A stretch of 64,000 nt of DNA, taken from Lama glama. Lineage: Eukaryota. A model generated the notes under the pieces. The model saw nothing but the letters and a program-made list of their open reading frames with translations, did no database searches and was not told the origin of the DNA. The translations under genes and the position numbers were made by a program. The stretch spans positions 46,502,001 through 46,566,000 of the forward strand of contig CM052817.1 of NCBI GenBank assembly GCA_028534125.1, given 5' to 3'. Positions 37,229 to 51,784 of the stretch are shown here, in pieces (within the stretch, counting starts at the first letter, position 1; every line of letters starts with the position of its first letter).

Positions 37229-40200
37229 AAGACTGAAAACAGAAGATATGTAGTATTTAACTTTGAACTGTTTATCCCATCTTGGACACAGAGCCTGAAT
37301 GCACTATGAATTGCTTGTATTTTTAATAGCATGAATATATTGCAATATATTTGTGCAACCTTCATTCTTATCTGACCCTCTTCTTCAGTCTGACTGGTAT
37401 TCTTAAAAAAGAGAAAAAAAGAAGTGGCTCAGGCTCACCCTGACCTTCAAGGGGTTCATGGAGGAACCCTACAGCACAGCAGAACGCTACCCACCTTCAT
37501 AAATATACTACGTTGAACGGAAAAGAAATTCTGAAAAAGTAAGATTTAATTCCTTACATAAGTGTTCCCGATGCAGTCTTGGCTATGCAAGAATTTCACC
37601 CTGGTGCTTTTGAAGTCCTGCAGCCTGGTAATGCAACGTGTGGAAAGCCAAGGCTGCACTATATCATATCTAGGTGGCACTGCAAAGAGATTTCTAGATG
37701 GCAAAGGGGAACACGCAGAATCCTTGTGCTGTTCAATATGCCCCAATACAAGCCCTACCTTATGGTCAGAAAACAGCAACACCATCCTCCCGTCTACAAA
37801 AGAATTGCCAAAAGGTGGGGCTGGGAGAGTTTCAGGAAACACAGCCAAGATTTCAGGCAAGGTTGTCATGTCTTCTATTCCTCAGCTTTTCTCATTTCTC
37901 TGGAACTGTACCAGTTCACTTGTTTGTTTACACTGTGTGTGCAGCGGGGGCAGGTGTTGCTGCAGCATTTAAACTCCTGAGCTTGTCATGTGTTTTTACA
38001 TCTACCTCCTCCCAGTTGTATCTTCATCGGAATTTCCACAGACTCTTGGAAATTCGGCTTCTTAGATGCTGCTTCTCCCATTTGCAGTGAAAGGGTCAAG
38101 TGCGCTTGTTATGAATTGCCTCAATCTGGAAACACCGTGAGGTTTAAGGTGCAGCCTCGCAGCATGGCTGGGCAGAGACTGCGGCAGTAGATCGTGTGCA
38201 TGTGTGTGGTGGGGAAGGGAGTAGTCTGTCTGTCTGTCTGTCTGTCTGTTTGGCTGTTTGTTCAGGGTGGGAAGGGGTGAAAGGAGGAGAGAGAGAAAAG
38301 GATGAATAACAAGAAGATGAGTAAAGGTTTTAGGGCACCTTCATTTTTCTCTCCAAAAAGCATGCATTTCTTTAATGCCAAGGACTACTAATGCGGTCAC
38401 ATCAGAGCATCTCTGGATGCAGTGCAGTGTACAATGGTGACAGCTTTATTCAGAAAATTCTGGTAAAACACACACAACATAACATTTACCATCCTAACCA
38501 TTTTTAAGAGTACAGTTCAGTGATATTAACTATATTCTCATTGTTGTGTGATGATCAACACCATTGATCTTCTGAACTCCTAGTATTGACTTCTGAATTA
38601 AAATTATCTTAGTTCAAATTGAGGTCCTGACATTTTGTGGAATCATTTATGCCTGAGATCTCAGTTTATCTCACCTATAGAAATTTTTTTCTTCAAAAAA
38701 AACTGATAGTACTGTTGTGAGAATTATGTCATAATGTTTGTAAAGTGCTCAGTATAGTGATAAACGATAGAATTCACTATTGTTATTAGTATGGTTTCCT
38801 GCAACGTTAGCCACTTGTTACTTCTCCATAAATGGCATAAAAACTTCCTTTCATCACCTAGTGGTGCTAGAGCCCTGGCAAGCATAACTTGTTGCCGTGT
38901 AGATTTCTTGCATTATTATTACTGTTACTATTTTTAGAACTGTGTGTCCAATAGCAGGGAAATGGACCGGGGGAAAACAAGTACCTGCAAAGACAATCAG
39001 AGAATAGTCTTTGGCATAACTCTGTTCCAACACATTCGAATTATCTACTTATCTTAACAACTAGAGCAGCAAATGCTCTGAATCAGTGAGGCAGAGCCTG
39101 GAGCAGGGCAGGGTCTGTCTGGGCAGACAGTTTTGGCACGACGTTGGTAGGGCAACCTCCAGCCAGAAGTCAGACTTCAAAGGCCACTGCTTCTCTGGGA
39201 TGACATCCCCTTCTGGTGACCTTTGCAGCTCTGGCTAACCCAGCAGACCATCAGGGAGGGCACAGCCTCCTTATTCCCCTGGCTGGACCCCCACCTCATA
39301 CCCAATCTTCCCGCTCCCAACCCCTGCTGCCCCACAGTGTTTCTGAGCTCATAACCTGTCAAGGCTGCTTTAATAGGCACTTTTAAGACAGATTAAGTTT
39401 AAAATACTCCCATAGGAATATGATTTATCTCTGTTTATGGAGCCATTCTGACTTCCCATACCTTATCTCATTTATTCCTCAGATGAGCCCCTTCCTTCTA
39501 CCTTCCTTCTTCTTTCCTTCCTCAACAATTGTAGTTAAATACGATTCACATTCAGTATTAAAAATTTGGGAAATAAAGAAAATATAAAGAAGAAACCAAA
39601 AAATTATTTGTAATCTCACCATCCAGAGATAAAGATGTTGATAATACACCTTTCAAGATTGTATTTATAAACGTATATTTCAAAATGTGTATCGTGCTGT
39701 ACAGACAGTTGCATGTTCTGTTTATTTCACCTTCCACTCCTTTGTCAGCATTTACTATCAGTCAGCACCTACACTTTATGATTTGGAGCATTTATAATCT
39801 GTTATAACACGTGGTTTTTTCAAGTCGCTTTCTTTCAACATCTCTTCTATTTGGGGCTCTTCCCTTCCCGGCCTCACCCATACTAGGCTGAGCCCTCCTT
39901 TCTCTGGTCCAGGTCACCAAGAGACCTCCTCATTTGTCTCACCTCCAGCTTCATCCCTCCACCATCCACGCATTTCTGCCAAGTGCACTTTCTACACTGC
40001 AAATCTAATCACGTCTTTCCCTGGTTTTAATCTTCAAGATAAAGTTTACACTCCTTGCCTTGAGAAAAGTCCTTCTCCACTGGGCCCCTCTCCAGAGTCT
40101 CTGGGTCTGTCTGTCTCCTCTCCCTCCCTTGGCTTTGGTTCTTTCATTCTTGGCTCTTTGAGCCCAGTGCACATTCTGGAACACCCTTCTCCACACCCCC

Positions 40201-40325
40201 TCCTTTTCTTTGTTCGGAAAACCTACTGATCCTTTACAAGCTCTAGGCAGCAGCATTCTCTCCACCTCACCTTCAACCTGCCCCACTGTGTTCAGGTCTC
40301 CTGATCTGCTCTCTCCTAACTCTGT

Positions 40326-40504
40326 GAGTGGACCTCCAGCCTAGTGTGCCCAGCAGAACCGCCTGGAAGCTTTGTTGAAACACAAATCTTGCAGCTCTGC
40401 TCCTGGAGTTTCTGTTTCAGAAGGTCTGGGGGGGCTCGAGATTTTGCATTTCTGAAGTTCCCAGAAATTGTCTGTCCAGGGAACAGACTTTAAGCTCTAC
40501 CACT
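40326..40504. mobile_element. MER5A-like hAT DNA transposon
   Basis: agaaccgcctggaagctttgttgaaacaca...gagtttctgtttcagaaggtctgggg...gagattttgcatttct. Confidence 0.75.
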
Positions 40505-43500
40505 ATAGCCTAATGACTAGATCCTAAGTGATTTCTTTTGCTTCTCCCTTCTGGTCACTGACTTCTGCTTAATGAGGTCTGAAATGAATTCCAGGATTCT
40601 AGTGATGATGACCACATGTGAACATCCTCTGAGTAAAGGAACACTTCCAGGAGTCCTGACTCAGCCACATCGTGATGTGACCATCTGCAGTCGGCTTCCC
40701 CTGCAGGCTCCCCTGTCATGGATCCCCACGGTATGACTCAGTAGAAATTCCTGTGCAATGCAGTTTGCAGGCATGCTACAGGAGTCATGGGTGTGAGTCC
40801 CTTGACCATGTGTCTAATTTCCTGAAAATTTTGGAAATCTCCCTTTAAATCCCCTTTCCTCAATGAATTTTCTCTCACAGATGCCTCAAAAGTAAATAAT
40901 AAGGCATTGTTTTCCTGTGGATAAGTCATCAACTGTATAAATGTCTCTAACTTTGCTATTAAGAGTCGCAAAAAGATACAGAGGAAGCTATATGAGGTTG
41001 ATCTTAAAATTTTGACAAAAATGCTTTTGGTATGCATATTATTTGTATTTCTGGTAGAGGGTAGGGAGCAAAAAAGGCAGAACTTTACGTCAAGGAAAAT
41101 ATAATGTCATGGAAAGAAAATCCCTTTGGATGTGACCTAATAAAACTTTCCTGGGACAACCTCTGTTCTATCTACTTCCCTACTAACCAAACAGATGACA
41201 TGTCGAATCTGAATCTGAATTTACCAGATGCAGGTAAACAATTGTTCATTTAACTTCCCAGAAATACAGAAAGCCACTTCCCTAAATTGTTCTGGTTTCA
41301 TTTTTACATGCTAAACTTGTAGGTGTGAAGACAGTCTTTTAAAATGTGCTAATAATTTGCATCTAAGTAATTTCTACAAAAACATGCAAATATAGTGGTA
41401 ACATAAACAGATTCATGCTTGCGCCATATTTTCAAAGACCCTCTGAATTTCCTGAGGCAAGCTTGCGTTAAACTTAGAAGTTAGCTTTTCTTCCCAGTAC
41501 TGAAAGGAGGAAGCAAGGGAATAGGAGGACGCCGCTCCCTCAGTGCCTAGTTTCCTCTAATTTTTTTTTTTTTTTTTGCAATTGCCTAGTCTTTATGGGG
41601 CCACCAATTCTGTTTTCTTTCTTCATTTAACACCATACTTACCAGGGCACAAATTAGTACATGAACACATGTAGGGAGCTGAACTAGAAAATGACAATTC
41701 AGTTGTGTACCTCATGGATAATCAGTAATCAACTAGATGGCTTATAGAGACTTAATCAGCAAAAAGAAAAAAAAATGAAGGTAACCAACAATGCAGACAC
41801 ATTTCAACTAATTTCTACCTATAAGCAATATAGAATATGGGGATGAAAGGACCCTTTCCCTCTTTCCTAAAATAGAACAAGATTTGCTTTGAACCATTCA
41901 GGTGGCTCTTTCTTGAGTTCTAGCCTCGGACTTGGCATATGTGGTAATTCAATAACCAGTAAATAAAATCTCAGGAGTTCTGGTCTGTCACTCCAGCAGG
42001 AAGTGGACAGTCCTAGGTTCAGCCCAAAAAACACTCTCACCAACATCATTCAATCCTGAGCTGGAATTCAGAGAATCTCAAGGCCGTGCGTAGAGACACA
42101 CACATACATCAAACGTTAGTAATGACAGTTGACCGAAATTACAGAGTGATAAAATGGTGATTCATTTAACTCATTTAAAATTTTAAAATGATTTTCACTA
42201 TAAAGTGACAAAGCCATTTAATTAAAGTTTTGATGATTTGATCTTACATATTAATTTGCTAAAATGCATAATTAATAAAAAATGTCAAGAATTTACCTAG
42301 AATATCATTATGGTAGTGCTTTCTTTCACCTTTCACTATGTTCTTAAAAGTGATTCTATAATTAATTTTGCTCATTAATGTGTTTCTTTCATCTGTCCAT
42401 TGGATTAATATTTATTGAATGCCTTTAAATGCTAGGCATGGTATTAGGTACAAATGAATTTTTATTAAAATAATAATGTTTTTCACTAAATTTTTTAATA
42501 AAAAGTCTCAACACTGAATCTAAATATTAGTGATATCAATATGATTTTAAACACAAAATTTACATTGAGAAAGTTCAACCTGAAAAATAAATACTTTGTA
42601 ATACAAATATCAGTTCAGCCTAGAAATAATAACAAATTAGAACATAATTTCCCTTATTGTACAAACAAAAGAAAACATAATATGATCATTATAAAAACTC
42701 TGACTCCCATACAAAGTAGGAAGGGGAGTGGGGGGAGCAGAGAATGCTCCTACTTTGCTTCAATTTATCTCTGTGTATTCCCCAGATGACCAGATATGAG
42801 CACCTTCTTGTTTATGCTGCTTAGCTCCCCAAAAAACAAACCTATAAATATCAGATTTCAAATCGGAAAGCTAGACTCACAACAGGTGCACAGTGCCAAG
42901 AACTCCAGAGGGGTATGACCAGCATGATGCTTCTGCATGAATTTAATTTTTCCCTGATCCTCCCCTCCCTCTGCCAGTTATTGAGCCAAATGGTGTTGGG
43001 ATGTCCAGCAGGTTATAACTAGGGTATGGAAAAGAAAGCATTGGCCATGCTAACATTGCTTCCTTCCTGGCCATGACTCAGAGCTCTTAATGGACTATAC
43101 AGGCAACTGGTGGTGACAAATGGAGACGAGACCCAGGAAAGATTGCAGGTGTTAGGCTGCATGCTTACATACGACCAGGCACCAGGTTGGAGCACCCGGG
43201 TCCTCAGGGCTACACATTACACCAGACTGTACAAGAAGCCATGGATCGATGTGGGCATCTCCCTGGAGCACCAATTTTAATGGATGTAAAGTGATGTAAA
43301 GTAAATTAAAATATTACTTCTATATTGCATTAAAATAATCGAGGAAAAATTACTAAGTATGAAATGTTGCTTGAATCTTTAAGTTAAAACAAATGCTTTC
43401 AAAGGAATTGCACACTTGAATGGGTCATCAGTCTTCTACATCTGGTCCCAAACCCCTAGGCTGCCTCTGCACTCTAATGCATCAGTAGAGCTACCTCCAT

Positions 43501-44339
43501 CGCAAGAGTGAGGAGTGCTGGTCTACTGTGGTTTCCCACTGACTCCTACTCACGCACATCAGTTCTCCTGATTTGTTGTAGTTACCACTCTGTGTTTATT
43601 TCCTGTCTCCTACTAGAATGGCGCTCTGTGAGGACAGAGCCTTTGTCTACCTCCTCCATGGTGCCCACCATGTGGCTTAGTGCATTGCAAATAGAGTTAG
43701 CCTCATTAATTCCAGGACGAACATTACTTTAGGAATAGTCAAGTGAAGAGTTGATTATAAGCATCAATGTGGTAAAGTCTGATATCAAAGTTCCTAAGCC
43801 ACCCCAAGTCTATGCTCTCCTTCTTGGGGTCCAGAATCTTTGTTTTCTCTTCTTTCCCTTTTTTAAAAATTTCCCTTTTACTTTGCTTTTTATGATATGA
43901 CAGAAGTGATTAATAAAACTTGACGTGTCCTCCCTAGTAGAAAAATATGTGTTCGAACAGGGAACAAATCCTTAAGCTAAAGAGTACTGCAAGCATCAGT
44001 CAGTGGGTGGAGGGGAATTATTTTGGTTATAGGACATTCCCAGTTCTCCTAACACACAGAGGATTACGAATTCCAGTGACTTATGAGGCCAGACTTGAAG
44101 TAATCCTATGCTGGATCATATGAATCAGATTGAACTCATTTTTTTTTCCTGGAAAAAAAAAGTGATTTTCAAAGTCCAAAATAAGCCATCATTACCAGAT
44201 GACATTATACAGGGTAGCAAGCATTGGGATCAATTGTATGGATTTAAATCTATGGCAGATAAAGCTCTATTCTCTAAAAGATAAAGCAAATCACTTGATC
44301 CTGATGGATTTCACTTTCCTCAACTATTAAATGAAAATC

Positions 44340-44600
44340 TTAGGCAGTTAGAGAAAAGAGTATTTAACAGTGAATTTTCTATGTGACAGGAACTTTCTTC
44401 TGTGCTTCCCATGTAGTAAGTCAGTTAGTCTCACAAGAACACTAAGAGGTCAATACTACTATTGGCCTCAGTTTGCAGATGGGGACCCTGGGGCAGAAGA
44501 AGTTCGGCAGCTTGTCCAAGGTCCCACAGAGGCTAAGTGAGAGAGCAAAAGTCTAAGTCTGATATCAAATTCCAGAGCCTGCCCTCTTAACCTCACCCCA
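44340..44600 (-). mobile_element. MIR SINE
   Basis: ctcacaagaacactaagaggt...tttgcagatgggga...cttgtccaaggtcccacag. Confidence 0.75.
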
Positions 44601-47079
44601 TGAGCTACAAAGCTCTTCCAGGACTGCGTCTCCAAGCCTCTTGCCTTCACCCCGATGCCTGCCTGATAGAACAGCATTAGCCCATGAAGCATCATAATAA
44701 AGAAACTGTGCCATCGGCAACACCTGCCTGATGAAGCAATTATGATGATAATGACGTGTGCCTTGTTTGCCCAAGCTTCCCGCTGTTATAATAATTATTT
44801 GAGAAAGATTTACCCAAACCTCTCTGTTTTCTGGCTATTTTTAAGTTCTGTGGTACTTGGATTCTGGAGTACTGAGACCACTAATGAATAATTATTAATG
44901 TGGAAAGTTTTTTCTCCCATTTGCACATCCTAGTAGAATGGACAAGTTTATCTCATGCAATCCCCTTATAAGAGAGAGCAATTACTGGGTTGCTCATGGT
45001 CACACTTGGGACTTGAGAGCCTTAAGTTTCCATAGAAGACATCCAGTCCAAATTCTACGTTGCAGCTTATATTTTCTGTCTTTCACTTGTGTATACAAAG
45101 CTTCAAATGCAGCTACAATTCAAGGAGATAGAAATATTTGGCCATGTTTTTCATGAGCAGGGGGTTTCTACTTACAAGGTGGGGCAAAACCTCTAAACAT
45201 TAAAAGTGACATTATTCATAGCATTAAAATTAATCTACACGTCAAGACCTCCATAAAGAATCTTTCCAGTAACTTGACTTGGATTTAGGGTTTCATCTAA
45301 TGGACTGACCTAAACAAATCATTTCCCTTTATTTCCCTCTCATTCAGAGGTTTGGGTCACTTTTTCACAATAATGCATTTATAGAACTCTTAACTATTAG
45401 AATCTTGTTGCATGCTCACCAGACCAGATAAACCCCAGATAATGAAGTCTACCTTGCAATACTAAAGGCTGATAATTAAACACATTAAATGTTTTTACTC
45501 AATTTCTCCTTTCCTTAAAGTACTTTCCAGGCCATCTACACTGGCTGGGATGTCAGGGTATTGGTTTCTGAGTTCTCGCTCTGCAACTTTGAGAAAGCCA
45601 CTCAATCTCTTTTAGACATAAGATTCTTCATCTGCTAACCTAGAGGGCTAGACTTGTCTCTATTGTTCCTTTCTGCAGTTGTTCTAGTGATGAATTTACA
45701 CATGGAACCTCAACAGTACTGATATCATTTGATGGAACTGTCAGAAAAGGTAAATGTCATATTCTTTAAAGTTTCTCCATCCAATTACCCATAAAAAGTT
45801 GAAGTTTCTCCAAGTTAGCTGTAACAATGCCATGATATGCTTTCCTTCTGTGTCATCTCTCATTTTTAAAACCTGTGAAATTTTGTAGATTTCAGAAAAG
45901 AATTCACATTTCTGATATGAGTGCTTATTTTAAAATCATAGCATCTTTAAGATACATGAGCTCTAATAAAACCAGGCTTGAATATGCTGGTCTAAAGGAT
46001 AACCAAGCATTACCAGCACAGTTTTATAGTGAGCTCTCCCTACATTCAGCCTAAACTTGTTGTTTATTTGAATTATGCTATTAAGTCAGCTAGTCTTTAG
46101 TTTGCTGGTACATCATTTTGACCTTTCTTCCCTTGGTTGGGGGTCATTTGACCAGCCTTAGGGAAATAAATAAATAAATAAATAAATAGGAATGAAAAAA
46201 AGAGAGTGGCCAATGAGCAGCTGACATCAGTGATGAGGAATAGTATCAGTAAATCTATCCAGCAAATATCAGCTGGATTAACACCAAATTAGATATATTT
46301 TAATAAGCAATCATTATCAGCATCTTAAATTTAGAACTATCATTAAGAATACAATTTGTGTATCCTGAGAGAATGTTCACGAGTCCTTCATTAATGCATC
46401 TGAAATGTGTCTTCAGAACAGATTCACATAAGCAGGCACCATATTGTCTGAGCATCATCCTCGAAAGAGGAAACGGTCAAAATTCCTCCAGCGGTAACCA
46501 GCGTGGGAGAGCACTCTGAAAAAGGAGACAGTGCCAAAAATATTTCATGGGAGACTTGAAACATTTCTATTCAGCAATAATGTTTTTAACCTGGCTTTCT
46601 CAACTCAGGCTAACTTGATCCCACTCTCGGTAACTTGTGTTTATTTTTGCAGCAGCCGAGTCTGCCAAGCTTCTCACTACCGACATCTTCTTGCTACCTT
46701 TGAACCGTATACCCACAAGGACACTGAAAAATTGAGCAATCGTGCACCCAGGTTGGGAGGATTTTCCTTCCCAAGCTGGGAAACATGTGAATATTAAGAA
46801 CAGTCCCTCACCTTAGCCCTCATTCTCATGTTTTATGAAATAATTGTGCCATTCATTTCCTCAATTGTGATTCACCAGTAGACAAGGGCCCTCCTTTAGT
46901 GATTCTTTACAATCTCTTTGTTGGTTCTTTGTAAATAATCTCTTTGTTGGTTCTTTATAACATGATACTTACCCCTCTTTCATGTTCTGGTGTTCAGACT
47001 TGGGCCTAACTTATGAAATAAAATATATGGGCTGGGGCTTATCTCCAGGTAGCCCTAATTCATCTCTACAGAGCAAAGA

Positions 47080-47290
47080 CTGTATGGTCAGACGATCTCA
47101 GCTTCCAATCCTGAGTTGACACACTCACCAGTGGCATGACCTTCAGCAAGTCACTAAATAACAGAGTCTCTGGTTCCTGTGTACAAATTTGGGATAATTT
47201 TAACTACCTTGAAGGATTAACCAATATGATGAGTGCATGCAGAATAATCAACACCCAACAGGCATTCAGTAGATAGCACAATTATTATCC
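47080..47290 (+). mobile_element. MIR SINE
   Basis: ccaatcctgag...tgaccttcagcaagtcacta...gggataatt. Confidence 0.65.
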
Positions 47291-49474
47291 CTATCATTTG
47301 CTGAGAAAATTACTCATAGTTGTTTATTTTGAAGACCTAATTCCAACAAAATCTTAAAGCAGTTTCCAGTGGGTCAAGAGTAGTCATGTCAAACATTCTA
47401 CTTATTTGAAAGTATGAATACTTGTAACTAACCAGGAAGTTGTTAAGGATGACAGTCTAACGTGGAAGACATCCTCTTACCCCACATGTTCTTGGCACTG
47501 CTATGAGACAGCATTTCTTCTGATGATTTAGAAAGCTGGTTCCTCTTTTGAGAACACAAATGTTATTTACATGTGCCAACCATTCCACCCAGAGTTCTGA
47601 TCTAGGAAGTGTAAAAGATCATGAGTATACTCTAACACCATGAGTCTAACCTTATAGATTAGCAATACAAGGTGACAATTTTCTTAGTTCTTTTTTTCTT
47701 TTTCTTTCTTTCTTTTTTAATATTTAACATTTACTTTAACATCCTAGGCATTTTCATGTATGCTGCCTTATTTTATCCTAACAACTCTATGCAATAGACT
47801 CCCCCTCACTGATGTCAGTTGCTCATTGACAGTGAGCTATCAGAGGAAGAAGGTGGGTGTGTGACCACCCCATACAAGGATATTTCTCCTGGGAGGAGGG
47901 CAGCTGTAAGTCATTATTTGCCAGCACTCCCAGCAGCTGGGGGATAAATACACTAGCCCATAAGAAAGGAGACAGGAGTGGGCATCAGCAGGATCTATAT
48001 AATACCCCGTTTTTCAGGAGGTCAGGGAGAAATGAGAATCAGAGCCTTTAAGTGACTTTACCATTTGCCCATATTTGGTAGTGAAAAGCCAAATCCTAAA
48101 TCAGACTGACGGATTTCAAGTCAAGTTCTCTTTCTACAATACCACAGCTAAAGGATACTAGAAGGGCACTTGTGAATTCATATAAATTTCTTTAAGAAGT
48201 AGTAGGTTGGAGGAATGACTTCATGAAGTACAAAAAGTCATGAAGCATAAAAAGTCATAGTTCCTTTACATTTCTCTATATTTAGCCCTTCTTAATTTTA
48301 GCTGATGCCCCCTTCATGTTTTACGGGAACTGGAAAACAAATTTATGGACATTCTATCCATGAAATTCACAGCTGCACACAGCTTGATTTTAAGTCTTCT
48401 TAAAAATTCACTCCATTCTTGAGTCCCGTGCTTTGCATCTGACCTTATAGAGCAATCTTTTTTAAATTTCCTTGGAATAATGGTCAAGTTTGGAGATTGA
48501 CCAAAAAGCCTGATATTAAACATGCCTGTTCTTGCATGCCAGGAGTCCTATAGCTTTAGTCTGGGTGACATTTACAGTCAGCACTTGAACTTTGACCACT
48601 GCAAGGTATCACGATGGTGGAAGAACCAGCACTTCAATTCAGTAAGTTGAGGATACTACCTTGTCCAGGGCATTGCTGCAAGATAGTTTCACATTTAAGG
48701 AAAAACTGAAGAAATGCTGATACAGAAAACAAGCCAAGAGAAGAGAAGTTTATTCTAACTGAGAGGTTTGGGAAAGGCTTCTTAGAAAAGAATGCAATTA
48801 AACCAGACTTTGAATATTGAAGAAAATTTCAGCAAGTAGTCATCTGAACGAAAGAATGAATAAGGGAACAGACATTAAGGGACACAATTTGAAGGGCAAA
48901 TATTTCCCCAAAAAAACAAAGGTCAGAACTATAATCAGAAACTAAAGCACAAATATCTGAAACAAAGATCTAACAGCACTAAGTTCAGAAGCACAATGAG
49001 GATTAGTTTTAGGACCCAGAGGATATACAGATCTAAACCCCAGATGAAAACCTGGAGTCACAAGTAGAGACAGACAGATATTAAGCCCAGAAAGAAAACA
49101 AAAGCCAACTGAAATCTAAAGATATTATAGGAAGTTTGACACAGTCTCTCATTCGAAAGGGAGCTGCCCAAAGACTTGGGCAATGTCATACAGGAGGTGG
49201 AGGGGGGACATTAAGGTGCTTTTGTCTCATCTGGTCAAGGTCACTCTGAAGCTTCCAATTACAACCTGAACATCACAACTACTTTTGGGGTTAATGGTTC
49301 ATGAAGATGTTTTGCCCAAGAATCACTCTAGAGGAGTCCCTGCTTTCATTCCTAAGATGAGCATGCTGATTAGAGAAGCAGGATCCTGGAAAGTACAAAA
49401 GGAAAGGGCCTCCTCCTTGACATCTTAGGTCTAATACCACAGGTTAGCAATGGCCTTTAACATCTTAGGGCCCC

Positions 49475-49592
49475 TTTCTTCCTTCCTTCCTCCCTTCCTT
49501 CCTTCCTTCCTTTCTTCTTTCCTTCCTTCCTTCCTTCCTTTCTTCTTTCCTTCCTTCCTTCTTTCCCCGCTTCCTTTCTCTCTTTCTTTTCT
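49475..49592. repeat. (CCTT)n polypyrimidine microsatellite
   Basis: Imperfect tetranucleotide run. Confidence 0.95.
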
Positions 49593-50285
49593 TAATTGTT
49601 AGTTAGCATCTTTCATGTGCCCAGTGGCCTAGGTGTTGTCAGGTTGGAACTAACCAACCTTCCACTACCTGAATGTCTGAGTTTGAAGTAGTAAGGAAAG
49701 AAGAGAAGATAGGAAGAGAAAGAGTGAGAAGGAGATACTTAGAGTCAACAACAAAAGGCATTCCTTTCAGGAGGTGAATAGTCATGATGCCCAGACATAA
49801 AGTAGCTAAACAGTCAAGATTCAGAGCTCTCAAGCAGTGAAGCAGGAGGGAGGGAGAAGCAGCAGGACATAGCATTTCCAAGTGCCCATGTGAGCCAGGC
49901 ACAGTGTCAATTATTTTGCATGACTGTTATCACCATTTAATCCTCTTCAAGTTGCAAGTTGGTGAGTTTCTAAAAGTAAAATTGCTCAGAATAAAACATG
50001 CTCCCTTTAGCTGTACGCATCCAAATTGAAACGTAGCTCAGCTTGCATTTTAGACCAATTCTGGACCACTTAGAAGGCCTTCACTGCCGTTTCTTTAGTT
50101 CCAAATAATGATTAAGAATCATTGCCGTTACCAGGTTGAAAATTATAATAATATATTTCATCTTTATACAGTTGAATAGCAGATACAGCCTAATTTATGG
50201 ATGAAGAAGAAATGATGAAAATGTATTATTTGTTTCTGTTTTTACTGGGCACTTACCCATAACTGGCATTACAGCTGTAAGGACA

Positions 50286-50785
50286 NNNNNNNNNNNNNNN
50301 NNNNNNNNNNNNNNNNNNNNNNNNNNNNNNNNNNNNNNNNNNNNNNNNNNNNNNNNNNNNNNNNNNNNNNNNNNNNNNNNNNNNNNNNNNNNNNNNNNNN
50401 NNNNNNNNNNNNNNNNNNNNNNNNNNNNNNNNNNNNNNNNNNNNNNNNNNNNNNNNNNNNNNNNNNNNNNNNNNNNNNNNNNNNNNNNNNNNNNNNNNNN
50501 NNNNNNNNNNNNNNNNNNNNNNNNNNNNNNNNNNNNNNNNNNNNNNNNNNNNNNNNNNNNNNNNNNNNNNNNNNNNNNNNNNNNNNNNNNNNNNNNNNNN
50601 NNNNNNNNNNNNNNNNNNNNNNNNNNNNNNNNNNNNNNNNNNNNNNNNNNNNNNNNNNNNNNNNNNNNNNNNNNNNNNNNNNNNNNNNNNNNNNNNNNNN
50701 NNNNNNNNNNNNNNNNNNNNNNNNNNNNNNNNNNNNNNNNNNNNNNNNNNNNNNNNNNNNNNNNNNNNNNNNNNNNNNNNNNNNN
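50286..50785. other. Assembly gap (500 N)
   Basis: Run of N. Confidence 1.
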
Positions 50786-50814
50786 AAAAATGTTAAAAAA
50801 ATAAAAATGTATCA

Positions 50815-51140
50815 ATGGAATCTAAAAAAAAAGCAAACAAAACATAAATACAAAACAGAAACAGGCTCATAGACATAGAACACAAACTTGTGGTTGCCAA
50901 GGGGGTAGGAGGGTGGGAAGGGATAGATGGGGATTTTAAAATGTAGAATAGATAAACAAGATTATACTGTATAGCACAGGGAAATATACACAAGATCTTA
51001 TGGTAGTTTACAGAGAAAAAATGTGACAATGAATATATATATATATTCACGTATAACTGAAAAATTGTGCTCTACACTGGAATTTGACACAACATTGTAT
51101 AATGATTATAATCAACAAAAATGTTAAAAAAATTTAAAAA
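50815..51140 (+). mobile_element. Lineage-specific L1 3'UTR
   Basis: Same 3'UTR as the L1s at 4965 and 61920 (tactgtatagcacagggaa...gacacaacattgta). Confidence 0.88.
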
Positions 51141-51784
51141 ATCAGAAATTTTGGAATATGTTTAGATGTATCTTAAGTTATCCAAACTTTTATTTTAGTT
51201 TCCCTGGCTTAAGCAAATCCAAAGTAAAACTATTTGCTGTGATTAACATTTGCTTTTTTAAATTAGTAATTAATTTTTAATGTTTTCCAAAGTATTCTTG
51301 CTAATGAATATTTTATAATTTTTTTCCTTATTCTGTATTGTATTTTTAATTGATAGAAGAGAAAAGGTGATTTGACATGTGTATCAAAAACAGGAAAAAA
51401 AAAGCATCTAAATATGGAATGCACAAAATTAAATTCCTGTTCCCTCTCCTGTACACAGCCCTGATTCTCCTTCAGTGTTTCCCTTTCACTAAATAGCTTA
51501 GTCTATTCTTCAAGTTGTTTAAGCTGAAAACTTGGTTTCAGTCATGACTCACAGTCAACCTATCAACAGCTCCTACCTGCTGTCTATTTAACATCTATCT
51601 AAAATTCAGCTACCTGCTCCTTAGTTTTTCTTCTGCTACCACTAAATCCCACACTGCCCTCATCTCTCACGTGAAGTACAGCCTCCTGAAAGATCTAGCT
51701 GGTTTGCTTACTGCTTCCCTTATACCTCTACACTCTATGCTCAGTTGAAAACATATTCTTTCTGAATGAATAAAAAAAAAAGCC

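Noticed and set aside
37546..37869. 107-aa minus-strand ORF as a protein-coding first exon
   Set aside because: No recognisable domain, and its phase-0 donor is incompatible with CXCL8 exon 2 (phase 1)
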